Below are positions 47,745 to 58,080 of a stretch of DNA of 64,000 nucleotides, piece after piece; the stretch's first letter is position 1, and every line of letters begins with the position of its first letter. Source of the stretch: Podarcis erhardii (Eukaryota). The stretch lies in assembly GCA_964252035.1 (NCBI GenBank), contig OZ176206.1. One strand, written 5' to 3'. The notes under the pieces are model-generated. The model did no database searches. It saw nothing but the letters and a program-made list of their open reading frames with translations, and was not told the DNA's origin. The translations under genes and the position numbers were made by a program.

Positions 47745-48095
47745 AATTTTTCCAGTTTTGCCGGTCTTCAGTTCAGCTATCTATCCACATGCCTGCATCA
47801 GTTTGCTTTTTAAAAACAACCCTCATGAAAATTTACCAGCATTTTAGTGCAAGTTTATTCTAAAGTGCACATTTTCCCCCATATATAATAAACTTTTGCA
47901 TGTTATTTTAACCAATAGATGCATTCGAATGCACACTTTACACTAATGCATACATGTTTGTACATGTTATAGAACAACACTGCAAAATTCAGAAAATTGC
48001 AGAAGAATTGCAGGAGATGACACGGATTTCATTTGTGCACTTCAGAAAATTCAGATTAGGTTGGTTTGCCATTCGGTGCAAACTAGGGGATCATA
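47745..48095. mobile_element. AT-rich hAT/Ac-like repeat, partial
   Basis: CAGTTTTGCCGGTCTTCAGTTCAGCTAT...TGCAAAATTCAGAAA...CAGATTAGGTTGGTTTGCC. Confidence 0.45.
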
Positions 48096-48118
48096 AGGAG
48101 CAACAGTTGGAACAGGGT

Positions 48119-48214
48119 GGAACCAGAAAATGTTTGCAAACCGGAACACTTACTTCTAGGTTTGGGTTCCAAGTTGTTTGAGTACCAAGGCATTTGAGAA
48201 CCAAGGTACCACTG
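48119..48214. mobile_element. One end of a related Tc1/mariner MITE
   Basis: GAGAACCAAGGTACCACTG|TA terminus; interior differs from the main family. Confidence 0.5.
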
Positions 48215-49456
48215 TACTTTAACGTTGCATTGTTGATGAACTCAAGCATGTCCGAACAAGGCTAGAACATCCAGGCACTTCTCCGAACGTAACAACAAGA
48301 TGGCAACATGTGAAGGAAACATATTGCGCCATCTGCTGGCCGGAGGTGCTCCATAGACACCCAAACATTTGAAGACTCCAGATAAAATCAGAACGGTAGC
48401 TATTTCTTTTTAGGCACTTAGTTTTTGTTGTTGTTCATGATGCCATCTGGGCCAATCTGAGTGTCCTTCCGGCATCTCTGGGATGTCTCTGAGTCATCAG
48501 AGCAGTGCTGCTGCTGCTTTTTTACTCCACTGCCCTTTCTTCTCCCCCTTCTCCCCACCCACCATCCCTTCAGTTTGCCCATACAAGGTAAATATCAAGA
48601 TTGCTTCAGTTATGGAGTCGCCTCTGCCCACTGCTCTCCCTCCCACCCAGAGCCACCAAAGCGAAGGTCTGGGATGGCAGCCAAATGCCACAGAGGACAC
48701 TGGACTCATAAATCATCCCTTTTCCAACATCTGCAGGCCCCCAAAGGCCTACCCTGATCTTCCCCTCCTCTCTCTCTCTCGCACACAACCCATTGCCCAC
48801 TTTCTGGCTTTTTTTTTTTAATCCTATCCCTCTCAGACAAAACACCTATTGTCGCAAGTCTCGGTGAAGAAGACTCCCTTTCCTCCCACCCCCCTCACAA
48901 AGCGACCTTCTGAAGCCGCCATCAAAGATGCCTGCATCACGGCAGGGAGCCTGTATCTCACTCTTTTTTTCTTCCTCCCTCTCGTACGTAGTTTTTTTAA
49001 TTTTTTCTTTCCTTTCCCCCTCGCTCGTGGGGGTCAGGCCAGTGCTTTTCATTCCAGCTTCATATTCGCATAAAGACATCAAGTTTAAAAAAGGGGAGGG
49101 GGAGAGAAGGGGAACTCACCAGAAAGAATTATTAGGCATGGCTGTCAAATGCTTTTATCGGAAGGTGGGGGTGGGTGGGTGGGTGGGTTGTGGGGGATTC
49201 AGTGCACTCCATGTCCTTGCATTGTTTCCAGAGCCAATGTACTTTTGCCTTGGCCCGGTGTGCCAGCCCTCCTTAACGAATTCCGGAAGGAGGGAAACTA
49301 AATAAAATAAGAATAAAAAATCCCTTCATGTTGATTGTCCGAAATGACTTGTCCGGTTTGCAAGTATGTTATTGTATGGAATGTTTACTGAAGAAGGGGA
49401 CTTTATTTAAAGGAAAAAATGGTGTGCCAGTGCTCAATGGTGCTGAGCAATTTATG

Positions 49457-49613
49457 GAGCAGGTTAGTCAGTAGCGCACGAGGATCTTAATCTCAGAGTT
49501 ATGGGTTCAAGCCTTGCATTGGGGAAAAGATTCCTGCATTGCAGGGGGTTGGACTAGATGGCCCTTGTGGTGCCTTCCTAGTCTAGTGTAGTCTAGTCTA
49601 GTCTAGTCTATGA
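49457..49613 (+). mobile_element. SINE with tRNA-Lys(CTT)-like head and CR1-derived tail
   Basis: TCTTAATCTCAGAGTTATGGGTTCAAGCC resembles tRNA-Lys TCTTAATCTCAGGGTCGTGGGTTCGAGCC; followed by TTCCTGCATTGCAGGGGGTTGGACTAGATGGCCCTTGTGG and (CTAGT)n. Confidence 0.7.
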
Positions 49614-49851
49614 AACAAAAATATTCCCAGCTAACTATTGTTTTGTCCCCTCCTTTGTGGGGAAAACAGTACATGAATTGCCACTGAAACATCATCAAAT
49701 ATTATATTTGAAGCGAATGTGAGGCTATCTCACTCCATAGCTGAAACGTCTGACATATTTCGAGGGGGGACTGCATTTCTTCACCTCTCACCGCTCAAAT
49801 AAAGCCCAGCTCAGTGGCAAATCCAGGTTTGCATCCAGTGTTTGTACAGCA

Positions 49852-50040
49852 AGTATTGTAGCTCAGTAGCAGAGTATCTGCTTTGCATGCAGAAGGTTCC
49901 GGCTTTAACCACCAACATCTCTGGGTAGGTTTGGCAGTGTCCCCTGCCTGAAATCTTGTAGAGCTGCCGCCGGTCAGTGTGGACAATATTGAACTAGATG
50001 TAGCAATGGCCTGCCTCAGTATAAGGCAGTTTCCCAGGAT
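49852..50040 (+). mobile_element. tRNA-derived SINE (Squam2-like, name tentative)
   Basis: TAGCTCAGTAGCAGAGTATCTGCTTTGCATGCAGAAGG...CCTGCCTGAAA...GTCAGTGTGGACAATATTGAACTAGATG...CAGTATAAGGCAG. Confidence 0.7.
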
Positions 50041-50077
50041 GCCACAATTGTCTTATCAGACAAGCACCTTCTCTGTT

Positions 50078-50245
50078 GGGGAAGGGCCATAGCTTTGTGG
50101 TAGAGGATCTGCTTTGCATGCAGAAAGTTCCAGGTTCAATCCCCAGCATCTCCAGGTAGGCTGGGGAGAGAACTCTGCCTGAAACTCTCAAGAGCCTCTG
50201 CCAGTCAGTGCAGACAACAGGGAACTAGATGGGCCTATTACCTAA
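50078..50245 (+). mobile_element. tRNA-derived SINE (Squam2-like), tandem with the previous copy
   Basis: GGGGAAGGGCCATAGCTTTGTGGTAGAG...CAGGTTCAATCCCCAGCATCTCCAGGTAGG. Confidence 0.7.
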
Positions 50246-50789
50246 CTTAAAATATTTTGCAGTTGGCCTGAAAATCTAAATCAGGATCTATGTTAGTTTG
50301 TAAGCTTTAGTAGGCCTCAAAGCTATGGCTTGGAATGACAGCTGAACTAAGATCCAGAGTTCTACCTTTTGCTCAGATGTTTTCCCCCCTCCCCTGAGGA
50401 AAAAGAAACCTATTGAAGAATTTCACCTCCCTCCCCCAAGGAAATTTGACAAAATGCCTCCTCCCCCAATCTCCCACCAATGATAATTATAGTAATAATT
50501 GAGTTTATCAATCTGTTTCCAAGCACATGCGTCAGGGTGATGTATAAAATGCAACACGGCACCTAAAACAGTTAAAAACAGCACAGAAAATAACAACAGA
50601 TTTAAAAATGCAAAAATAAATAAATAAGCGCACCGATGGCAGAGACCCATTTCTCGAGCTGAAAAGGGCTGTCAAAACAAAAAGGGCTGTCTCCAATTGG
50701 TTCTTGGAAAGTGTAGATAAGTGGTGCCCATCGTACCTTGACCGGTGTGCTATTCCACAGTACAGGGGCAGTCACCACAAAGGTCCTGT

Positions 50790-51075
50790 CCCTAGCCACT
50801 GTGGGTGGCTTCCAACACAATATTAAAATACAGTAATGCATCAAACATTAAAAGCTTCCCTAAACAGGGCTGCCTTCAGATGTCTTCTAAAAGTCTGGTA
50901 GTTGTTGTTCTCTTTGACATCTGGTGGGAGGGTGTTCCACAGGGCGGGCGCCACCACCGAGAAGGCCCTCTGCCTGGTTCCCTGTAACTTGGCTTCTCGC
51001 AGTGAGGGAACAACCAGAAGGCCCCCAGGGCTGGACCTCAGTGTCCGGGTAGAACAATGGGGGTGGAGACGCTCC
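50790..51075 (-). mobile_element. L2 LINE 3' fragment (younger), abutting an older L2-like piece at ~50640-50790
   Basis: GGGAGGGTGTTCCACAGGGCGGGCGCCACCACCGAGAAGGCCCTCTGCCTGG. Confidence 0.75.
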
Positions 51076-51083
51076 CCCTAAAT

Positions 51084-51456
51084 GTAAAGGTAAAGGACCC
51101 CTGGATGGTTAAGTCCAGTCAAAGGCGACTATGGGGGTTGCGACACTCATCTCGCTTTCAGGCCAAGGGAGCTGGCATTTGTCCACAGACAGCTTTCCAG
51201 GTCATGTGGCCAGCATGACTAAGCTGCTTTTAGTGCACTGTGATGGAAGCCGGAGTGCACGGAAACTCTGTTTACCTTCCTGCCGCAGCAGTACCTATTT
51301 ATCTACTTGCACTGGCGTGCTTTCGAACTGCTAGGTTGGCAGGAGCTGGGACAGAGCAAAGGGAGCTCACCCCGTCATGGGGATTCAAACTGCCGACCTT
51401 CTGATCGGCAAGCCCAAGAGGCTCAGTGGTTTAGACCACAGCACCACCTGTATCCC
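51084..51456 (-). mobile_element. Sauria SINE (Squam1), full length
   Basis: GTAAAGGTAAAGG tail complement through GCACCACCTGTATCCC head complement. Confidence 0.9.
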
Positions 51457-51724
51457 TACTCTGGAGACTTGCTGCCAGTCATCACACATAATGCTAGGTT
51501 AGATGGCCCCACAGTCTGACTCAGCAAAAGTAGCTTTCCATGTTCCCAATTGAAAGGGAAACAGTGATGCTAGGTGAGATTTTCAAAGTGGGATTTCCCC
51601 ACAATCTATCCGCTTGGGGAAGGTGGAACTTTGATCATGCTGTAAGTGCCAGTTTCTATCCAGAAACCAAAGCATAAGAATGTTCAGCGCCATAGCAAGC
51701 TTTCCCCTTGGATAATCTTGTTGT

Positions 51725-52320
51725 GTTTTTTAAAAATAATATTTATTAAATTTCCATTTCATATTACTAAGATATAACCACATTTACCCACAATATTTGT
51801 TCTAATAAAATATCGACCTCCTTCCCTCTCATCTCACAGTTACTTTAGTTCTTTTTTATATCATAGCATTTGTACATCTTCCTCCTTAATTATATCCCAT
51901 CATATATCAAAGTTATAACCAATATGCAAAAAGGTATATATATATATATACATTATAAGTCTTATTAATGCCAATGTTGTCAGTTGCTTGCAATTGTCCT
52001 TCAAATATTGTATAAATTTACTCCAGTCTTTCGGGTACGTTTGATCACACTGATTACTGAGTTTCCCTGTCAGCTTTGCCAGTTCAGCATATTCTATCAT
52101 CTTCATCTGCCATTCTTGTATCATTGTTATCTCCTGATGCTTCCATTTTTGAGCTAGTAAAATCTTTGCTGCAGTTGTTCCATACTTAAACAGCTTTTGG
52201 TCTTTTTTGGGGGGGGGGATTTCTTCGTCTATTATTCCTAGTAAAAATGCTTCTGGTTTTTTAACAAACATACTTTTGTACATTTTCTTTAACTCATTAT
52301 ATATCATATCCCAGTAAGCC
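51725..52320 (-). mobile_element. L1-clade LINE 3' fragment
   Basis: ORF 51900-52307 reads MIYNELKK...KPEAFLLGI...TTAAKILLAQKWK...EWQMKMIEYAELAKLTG...DWSKFIQYL; possible TSD AATCTTGT(T/G)G (51714, 52329). Confidence 0.85.
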
Positions 52321-52501
52321 CCATGGAGAATCTTGTGGTCTTGTTAGTTTTTGCCAATATCATATGTGCAGATCCCCAGCAGTCCTCCCTAAAGTGATCA
52401 GCGCTCTCCCATTCCTGCTTCTGCAGACTGTTCACAGCAAAGTGTGTGTGTATGTGAGGGGGGGAAATCAATAGAAATTTTAAGAAGCCCCCAGTGGCTT
52501 T

Positions 52502-52569
52502 TAGGAGCTAGAGATAAATGAAGAACTATAGCTAATAGGAACTGGAGATAAATGAAGAACTATAGCTAA
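52502..52569. repeat. 34-bp tandem duplication (2 copies, 2 mismatches)
   Basis: TAGGAGCTAGAGATAAATGAAGAACTATAGCTAA / TAGGAACTGGAGATAAATGAAGAACTATAGCTAA. Confidence 0.9.
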
Positions 52570-53810
52570 TCTTTTGGGAGGCTGATGCCGTGAACGTTTT
52601 AACAGTATGCTGTTAAAATGTGTGTCTCAGGGAATAAACACATGAATCTGGAAAACAATAGCATGTTTAAAAAATTAATATAATATAATATAATCTCATA
52701 CCAAAGTGCAAAGCCATTGACCTCCTCCTGCATTTCCCCCCTCCTTTTCCAAATTTGCCCCTTTGCAAAACATTTTTATTTCCAATTAGGAAAAGAAAAA
52801 TTGCTAATTTGCTGCAGTTGGACAGGGCTGATGTCTCAATCTGCAAAGTGTCAGCGCTGTGAAAGGAAATGTTTCACACTGTGCCGGAGAGACAGAGCCG
52901 TTCTAAAGAGGGTCAGGGCACCGGGCCCAGAAACCACATTGACTGGCCACAGCGCTAAATTACTCACACAAGACAGACATTGTCTGTGGTGCCAGCGATG
53001 ATGGTGGACTCACTTTCGCATTCTCCCTCTGTGCTTCCTCGGTGTGTGTCGGCGAGGGGGGAGGTGAGGAGGAGGAGGAGGAGGAGAAAGGGACAGTCCG
53101 AGTGAAAGGGTGAGCAGGGGACAAAAAAAGCTCCAGAACCCCTTTCATGCAATTCTTACTGTAGTTTGATTTTTAAGAAAACAAAACAAAACAGCAAAAC
53201 CTAAGCTGCCTGGTTAAAGGTTATCAGAGATAAGGTGTGAAATGGCCAGACGAGAGGCACATCTTAGAAGAACAAAGCACCCAGCCCAGTTTGCACAGTA
53301 GTCTTTGGGCTCGAAAGTGCGTGTGTGTGTCCGTGTGTGTTTTAATTTGGCTCTGAGTTTTTGAATCTTAGCATTCTGGTCACATTTCGAACTCTTCACT
53401 GACAAGTCCATGGATTTTATTTTTTAAAAAATAAGCTATCCCCCCCCCCCTGAAATCATGGGCATCATTTTAGAGTTGGCCACATGAAGAAGCACAATAA
53501 GATTCCTTGCTCTTGGACATAACCATAGGAAAAATGCATTAAAAAACCTCCAGCTCCCCCCCCCCATTTTGTTTGCATAACAGCATCTTCAGCTGGTGAG
53601 TGTTAACAGGGTTGTTGTCAACAAGGGACCAGTGAGGAACAAGAGAGAAGCATGAGTGGGGTTGGGGGAGACCCAAGATTTTCAGAAGGTGAAGAAAACC
53701 TTTATTTTGAGCAGGGGGGCGAAATCTAAAAGGGCAGAAAAAAACCCAAACATCCCAATGAGAACTATGCATGCCTGGTGGGCACAGAATGTCGAGTGTC
53801 TATTGGCTGG

Positions 53811-53990
53811 GAACATAGGAAGCTAACTTTTATTGGTCTATCTTGCTTAGCATTGTCTACACTGACTGGCAGCAGCCCTCCCAGGTTGCAGACAGGAGCT
53901 TGCTCCCTGCCCTGCCTGGAGATGTGGGAATTGAATCTGAAACAGTCTACCTGCAGAGCAAATGCTCTGGCACTGAGCTATGGGCCTTCC
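53811..53990 (-). mobile_element. tRNA-derived SINE (Squam2-like), full length, degraded
   Basis: Complement starts GGAAGGCCCATAGCTCAGTG and ends CTTCCTATGTTC. Confidence 0.65.
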
Positions 53991-54361
53991 ATGTGTGGGG
54001 AGGGTAATTTCGAGTCTCAAGCAGAGAAAGGTCTTTCCCATCTCTTGGGTCACAAACACGGTGCCCGTGGGCACTGATGTTTCCTCAGAGGTTCTCCTTG
54101 GCAGCCCCAGGGTCTCATCAGTCACCCTTCCCTCCCTGCACTTAGACTTTGGGAAGCTGAGTCTTGCTTCCCCAACTGATGGAAGATCAGACTCCCAATA
54201 AGCTTGAGAAAAGTGGTGATGCTTTTTCAGGAGTAAGTGTGGATGGATGTGCGTGGTCAGGGGGCATAAATGTGCAGCTGAAGCATCAGTTTTTCCAGTT
54301 TACCCAACAACTCAATGATCCAGGTGCTACCTAATCGTTTTAACTGGATATGACATGACAG

Positions 54362-54806
54362 TAGAGATAGACAAATCTACTGTGGGTTTTTTATTTCTAC
54401 CAGTTTCTCATTTTTCCATTCTTAAGTTCTGTTTTCCACATTTTCAAATCAGCTGCCCCCCCCCCCAAGTTCTCATTAAAATTCATTATTTGCATTTATG
54501 TGCAATTTTCTCCTAACGTGCACATTTTGTATGCAGTTTTCCCCTAGTGCGCACTTTTTCTGCAAATCAATTGGCCTTAATATTTGTTATTCTTCGCACA
54601 TAATGTAAATTCTTTTTGTGCACGCTTTACTCTGGTTTGTGCATTTTTGTACACAAAACTTGGCCAGAGAGCTGCATTGCAAAATTCAGATAAGTGGCGT
54701 GTTGCAAAGGATAGCTGCGCTTTAGTATGCATATTGCTTCGGAAAGTGAGAATTACATAAACAGGCCTTTAAATGTGAACTGAATTGGATTTCTACCCCA
54801 TCCCTA
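54362..54806. mobile_element. AT-rich hAT/Ac-like repeat, near complete
   Basis: Ends TAGAGATAG ... CCCATCCCTA; interior is the reverse complement of the 29501 copy. Confidence 0.55.
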
Positions 54807-55512
54807 GCCTAGGAATTGAAACTCTCATCTTCCACATGCAAGGCTTTACAGCTGAACTATATAGTCTCTCCATAAGGGCCGGATTTGGGGGCGGGGCTTT
54901 CGGAGAAATTTATTGTACTTAATGCCAGCTGCTGCCTATATCTCTCTTTAAAGAGAGATGGATTGCAAATGTTCAGCTATCTTTTTCTTTTCTTTTTCTT
55001 TTAAGCTGTGTCTAGATAGCAGTCCTGCCATATGAGAGGGTTGAAGTGTTCCATTCCATTGGAGAGAGAACAAGGATAGGTATCTGTTCTGTTTAATGCA
55101 CAGGAAGCTATGAGCCATCTGAAAAGAACTCAGCTGAGGGCTGAGGGTGTAAGGGAGACCTTAATGTGTTTGGATTGTGCAGAAGGAATTCAAGATTATC
55201 AGGAAAACAAGAGGTCCTGAGGGGACTATCAGTGGAAAGTAACCCAGAACTCTGCCATGCAAGAAGGTGGGGGGGGGGGGTTGGAGGGAAAGGTTTCTCA
55301 ATAGATGTACAAAATTATTCCATATCCAGGTGGCAATCTCAAGTAATTGCTGTAGACAGCGAAATGGCTTTGCTCCCCCCCCCTTATAAAAACACAATAT
55401 AGTTTCCGTGTCGCCATAGCTGTTTTACCAACAAGGTTATTCGTTAGTTAGTTACTACATTGTTACACCCACCCCATCGCTGACATCCAGTGAGCAATGG
55501 ATAAATAAAATA

Positions 55513-55741
55513 CAGTGGTACCTCAGGTTACAGACACTTCAGGTTACAGACTCCACTAACCCAGAAATAGTACCTCGGGTTAAGAACTTAGCTTCAGGAT
55601 GAGAACAGAAATCATGCAGCTGCGGTGCAGCGGCAGCAGTGGGAGGCCCCATTAGCTAAAGTGGTGCTTCAGGTTAAGAACAGTTTCAGGCTAAGAACAG
55701 ACCTCCGGAACGAATTAAGTTCTTAACCCGAGGTACCACTG
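55513..55741 (+). mobile_element. Tc1/mariner-type MITE
   Basis: TA|CAGTGGTACCTCAGG...CGAGGTACCACTG|TA. Confidence 0.9.
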
Positions 55742-57179
55742 TATGTTGAATTATTTTAATCAGCGTATGCCTGCCCCACCTTCACAAAACAGTGCATCAA
55801 GTGAAGATAAGCATTGTGGTACTAAAGAAATAAAAAAATTCAAAACATCCAATACATAATATGCTTTTAAAAAAGTAATTAAATGAATAAGCAAGCAGGC
55901 AAGCTCCTGGTCATCCTCCCTTAATTTGGTTGTACACAACTTCCAATGTTTTTCTTTTCGCGCCTTTTAAAAAACAAAGCATCATCTAATTAATGGAAAT
56001 GCAAGGTTGGAACAAATTATGCCATCTAAATTTGCAACTATTCACACACAAAAACACAAAGATGGTTTCTGAGCATAAATAAAAATAATAAAGCATGCAG
56101 AAAAGCCAGCACAACCCCCCCCCCAGCATTAATGAAAAGTCTGAACTGCAAATAGACATGGAGTCATCAGAGGATGAACCAAACACCACAAATGGTTGAG
56201 GACCTTGAGGAACTGGCAGGGTCCAACCTAGAACCAGCATGGAGGAGACTTGCTGAAGAACCCATGGAGATGTCAGAAGAGGTGGTGGAGCCACTTCCCT
56301 ATCTCCAAGAAGGCCAGAAAGAAAAGGTCCCAAGGGTGACATAGCATGCCTCTACTGAGCCACAGTCATTGTGTGGCTTGGGAAAAAGCAATCCCTGAAA
56401 TTCGTTCCCTACCAGTCGGGGTGGTCTAGGAGGCCAGAGTAGATTCCTCTTAAAGCTGTGCTGTTGCTGGAAGTGAAATAGGTCTCTGGCTCCTTGTTCT
56501 GGTTCCTGCAGTGCTGCACATTGCCTGAACATCCTGTAATATTGAACTCTGGGCTGCTTCCTGACCTTTTCTTTGAATCATGTTTTGGACCTAAGTAGTT
56601 CCCTGTGACTGACCTTGCTGCACCTGCAATGTTGCCCTCACTGGGAAGAGTTTTGCTAAGGGGCTTACACCTCCTGAGACTGGGCCTTTGAGGGCACCCA
56701 GTCAGGAGTGCGGTGGGTAGAACAGGTCGGTGTAAGGAGAAACTTCACCTCCTGACCTCCTGTGGCATCGAGTGGCTTCCATGTCGCTGCCACAGTTCTT
56801 TAGCTTTGATTTCTGTCGCGTCATGTTCAGCAGATTCGTGATCAGCTGAATCGTTTTCACCGTTGTGTGGCTCACGGTTGCATTGTGTTGCTGACAAAGA
56901 GGCTGTTGGCTTTGTCCCTTTTGCAGTCAATTGTTCTGCAGTCCATAAACTTCTTTGTCTGAAATTAAGAAAACGACAGCGCAGTGTTGAGTCAGAGCTC
57001 AATATTTATGTTACGGTGAACTTGTCGGGGGAAGCCTGGGATGTTCTGCTGCCTGAGGCCAAGGGCAAGATGGTGTTCCCATCTTCAAAAATCGGAAGGG
57101 CTATCATATGGAAGCAAGCTTGCTTTCCACTGTTCCAAAATGGAGGACCTGATCAAATGGATTCAAACTACAAGAAATG

Positions 57180-57386
57180 AGCTTTTGACTAAATGTTAGG
57201 AAGAACTTTCTGCAGGTACAAGCTGTTCAACACTGAAAAGAACTAGCTTAAAAGGTGGTAGACTCTCCTTTATTGGAGGTTTTCAAACAGAGGTTGGATG
57301 GCCACGTGCCAGGCATTCTTTAGCCTGCATTGAAGGCAATGGACTAGGTGGCCCTTGTGGTCCTTTCCATCTCTACAATGGTATGG
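57180..57386 (+). mobile_element. Degraded CR1 3' end
   Basis: GTTAGGAAGAACTTTCTG...CTCTCCTTTATTGGAGGTTTTCAAACAGAGGTTGGATGGCCA...GGACTAGGTGGCCCTTGTGGTCCTTTCC. Confidence 0.7.
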
Positions 57387-57505
57387 TTTTATGATTCAAT
57401 CTTAGCAGGTGCACAAAGCTCTTTTCAGGTGGCACACACTACCACTGGCCCCCACCCAAACCACATTAACCACTACCAGAGGTTACCAGAATCACTACCA
57501 GAGAT

Positions 57506-57641
57506 TCTTCGTATCTGAAGAAGTGTGCATGCACACGAAAGCTCATACCTAGAACTAACTCAGTTGGTCTTTAAGGTGCTACTGGAAGGAATTTTTTTAT
57601 TTTGTTTTGACCATGGCAGACCAACACGGCTACCTATCTGT
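57506..57641 (+). mobile_element. Penelope-like element (PLE) pseudo-LTR remnant
   Basis: CTGAAGAAG...CACGAAAGCTCATAC...GTTGGTCTTTAAGGTGCTACTGG...GCAGACCAACACGGCTAC is the characteristic reptile PLE terminal sequence; flanked by AATCACTACCAGAGAT (57490-57505) / AACCACTACCAGAGGT (57642-57657). Confidence 0.75.
57511..57548 (+). ncRNA. Minimal type I hammerhead ribozyme motif (PLE-associated)
   Basis: Stem I GUAU (57511-14) pairs with AUAC (57545-48); core CUGAAGA (57515-21); extra A (57522); stem II GUGUG-CAUG-CACAC (57523-36); GAAA (57537-40); loopless palindromic stem III AGCU (57540-43); cleavage triplet CUC ending at 57544. Confidence 0.8.
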
Positions 57642-57888
57642 AACCACTACCAGAGGTGACTGTTTCACTTTGCCTAATGGTGGGGCCGGCCCTATGCTCA
57701 CTGAGGCAGAGAAACTATGCTTGGGCTGCACTCTCACAGGCTTGCAGATTGGGAAACGTGAGGCCAAATGCTCCTCTATCCAGACAAAACAATCCCTTGA
57801 CCATAGAAAAATCATCCATGACAGGGATCCTAACCTCTGTGATCTGATGGCTTGCACCGATGAATGATACTTTTTCTTCCTCCCTGCG

Positions 57889-58080
57889 CAAAGGAGCCAA
57901 CTCCTAAGGGCCGAGGGTACTTCAGCTCCCCCCCTAAAATATTTGAGGGGGCTGGGGCCCCCAAAGTCGATGGCCATTGCCATTCAAATGGGGTGAGTGT
58001 GCCATGTCTTGTGATGGATTATGCGGGGTGGGGCTTATCTGCCTCCCCCATATTTTATTCAAGTTGCCCCCCCCCCGCGT
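57889..58080. mobile_element. hAT-like MITE (19312 family, inverted)
   Basis: GAGCCAACTCCTAAGGG...GCCATTGCCATTCAAATGG...CATATTTTATTCAAGTTG. Confidence 0.55.

Noticed and set aside
48849-48960. DACIT / CTGCATCAC resembling the end of exon 3 (GCITK)
   Set aside because: No similarity in the rest of the peptide and no donor at the expected place.
56155-56669. Degraded relative of the purine-rich solo LTRs
   Set aside because: Similar composition, but no definable 5' end or TSD.
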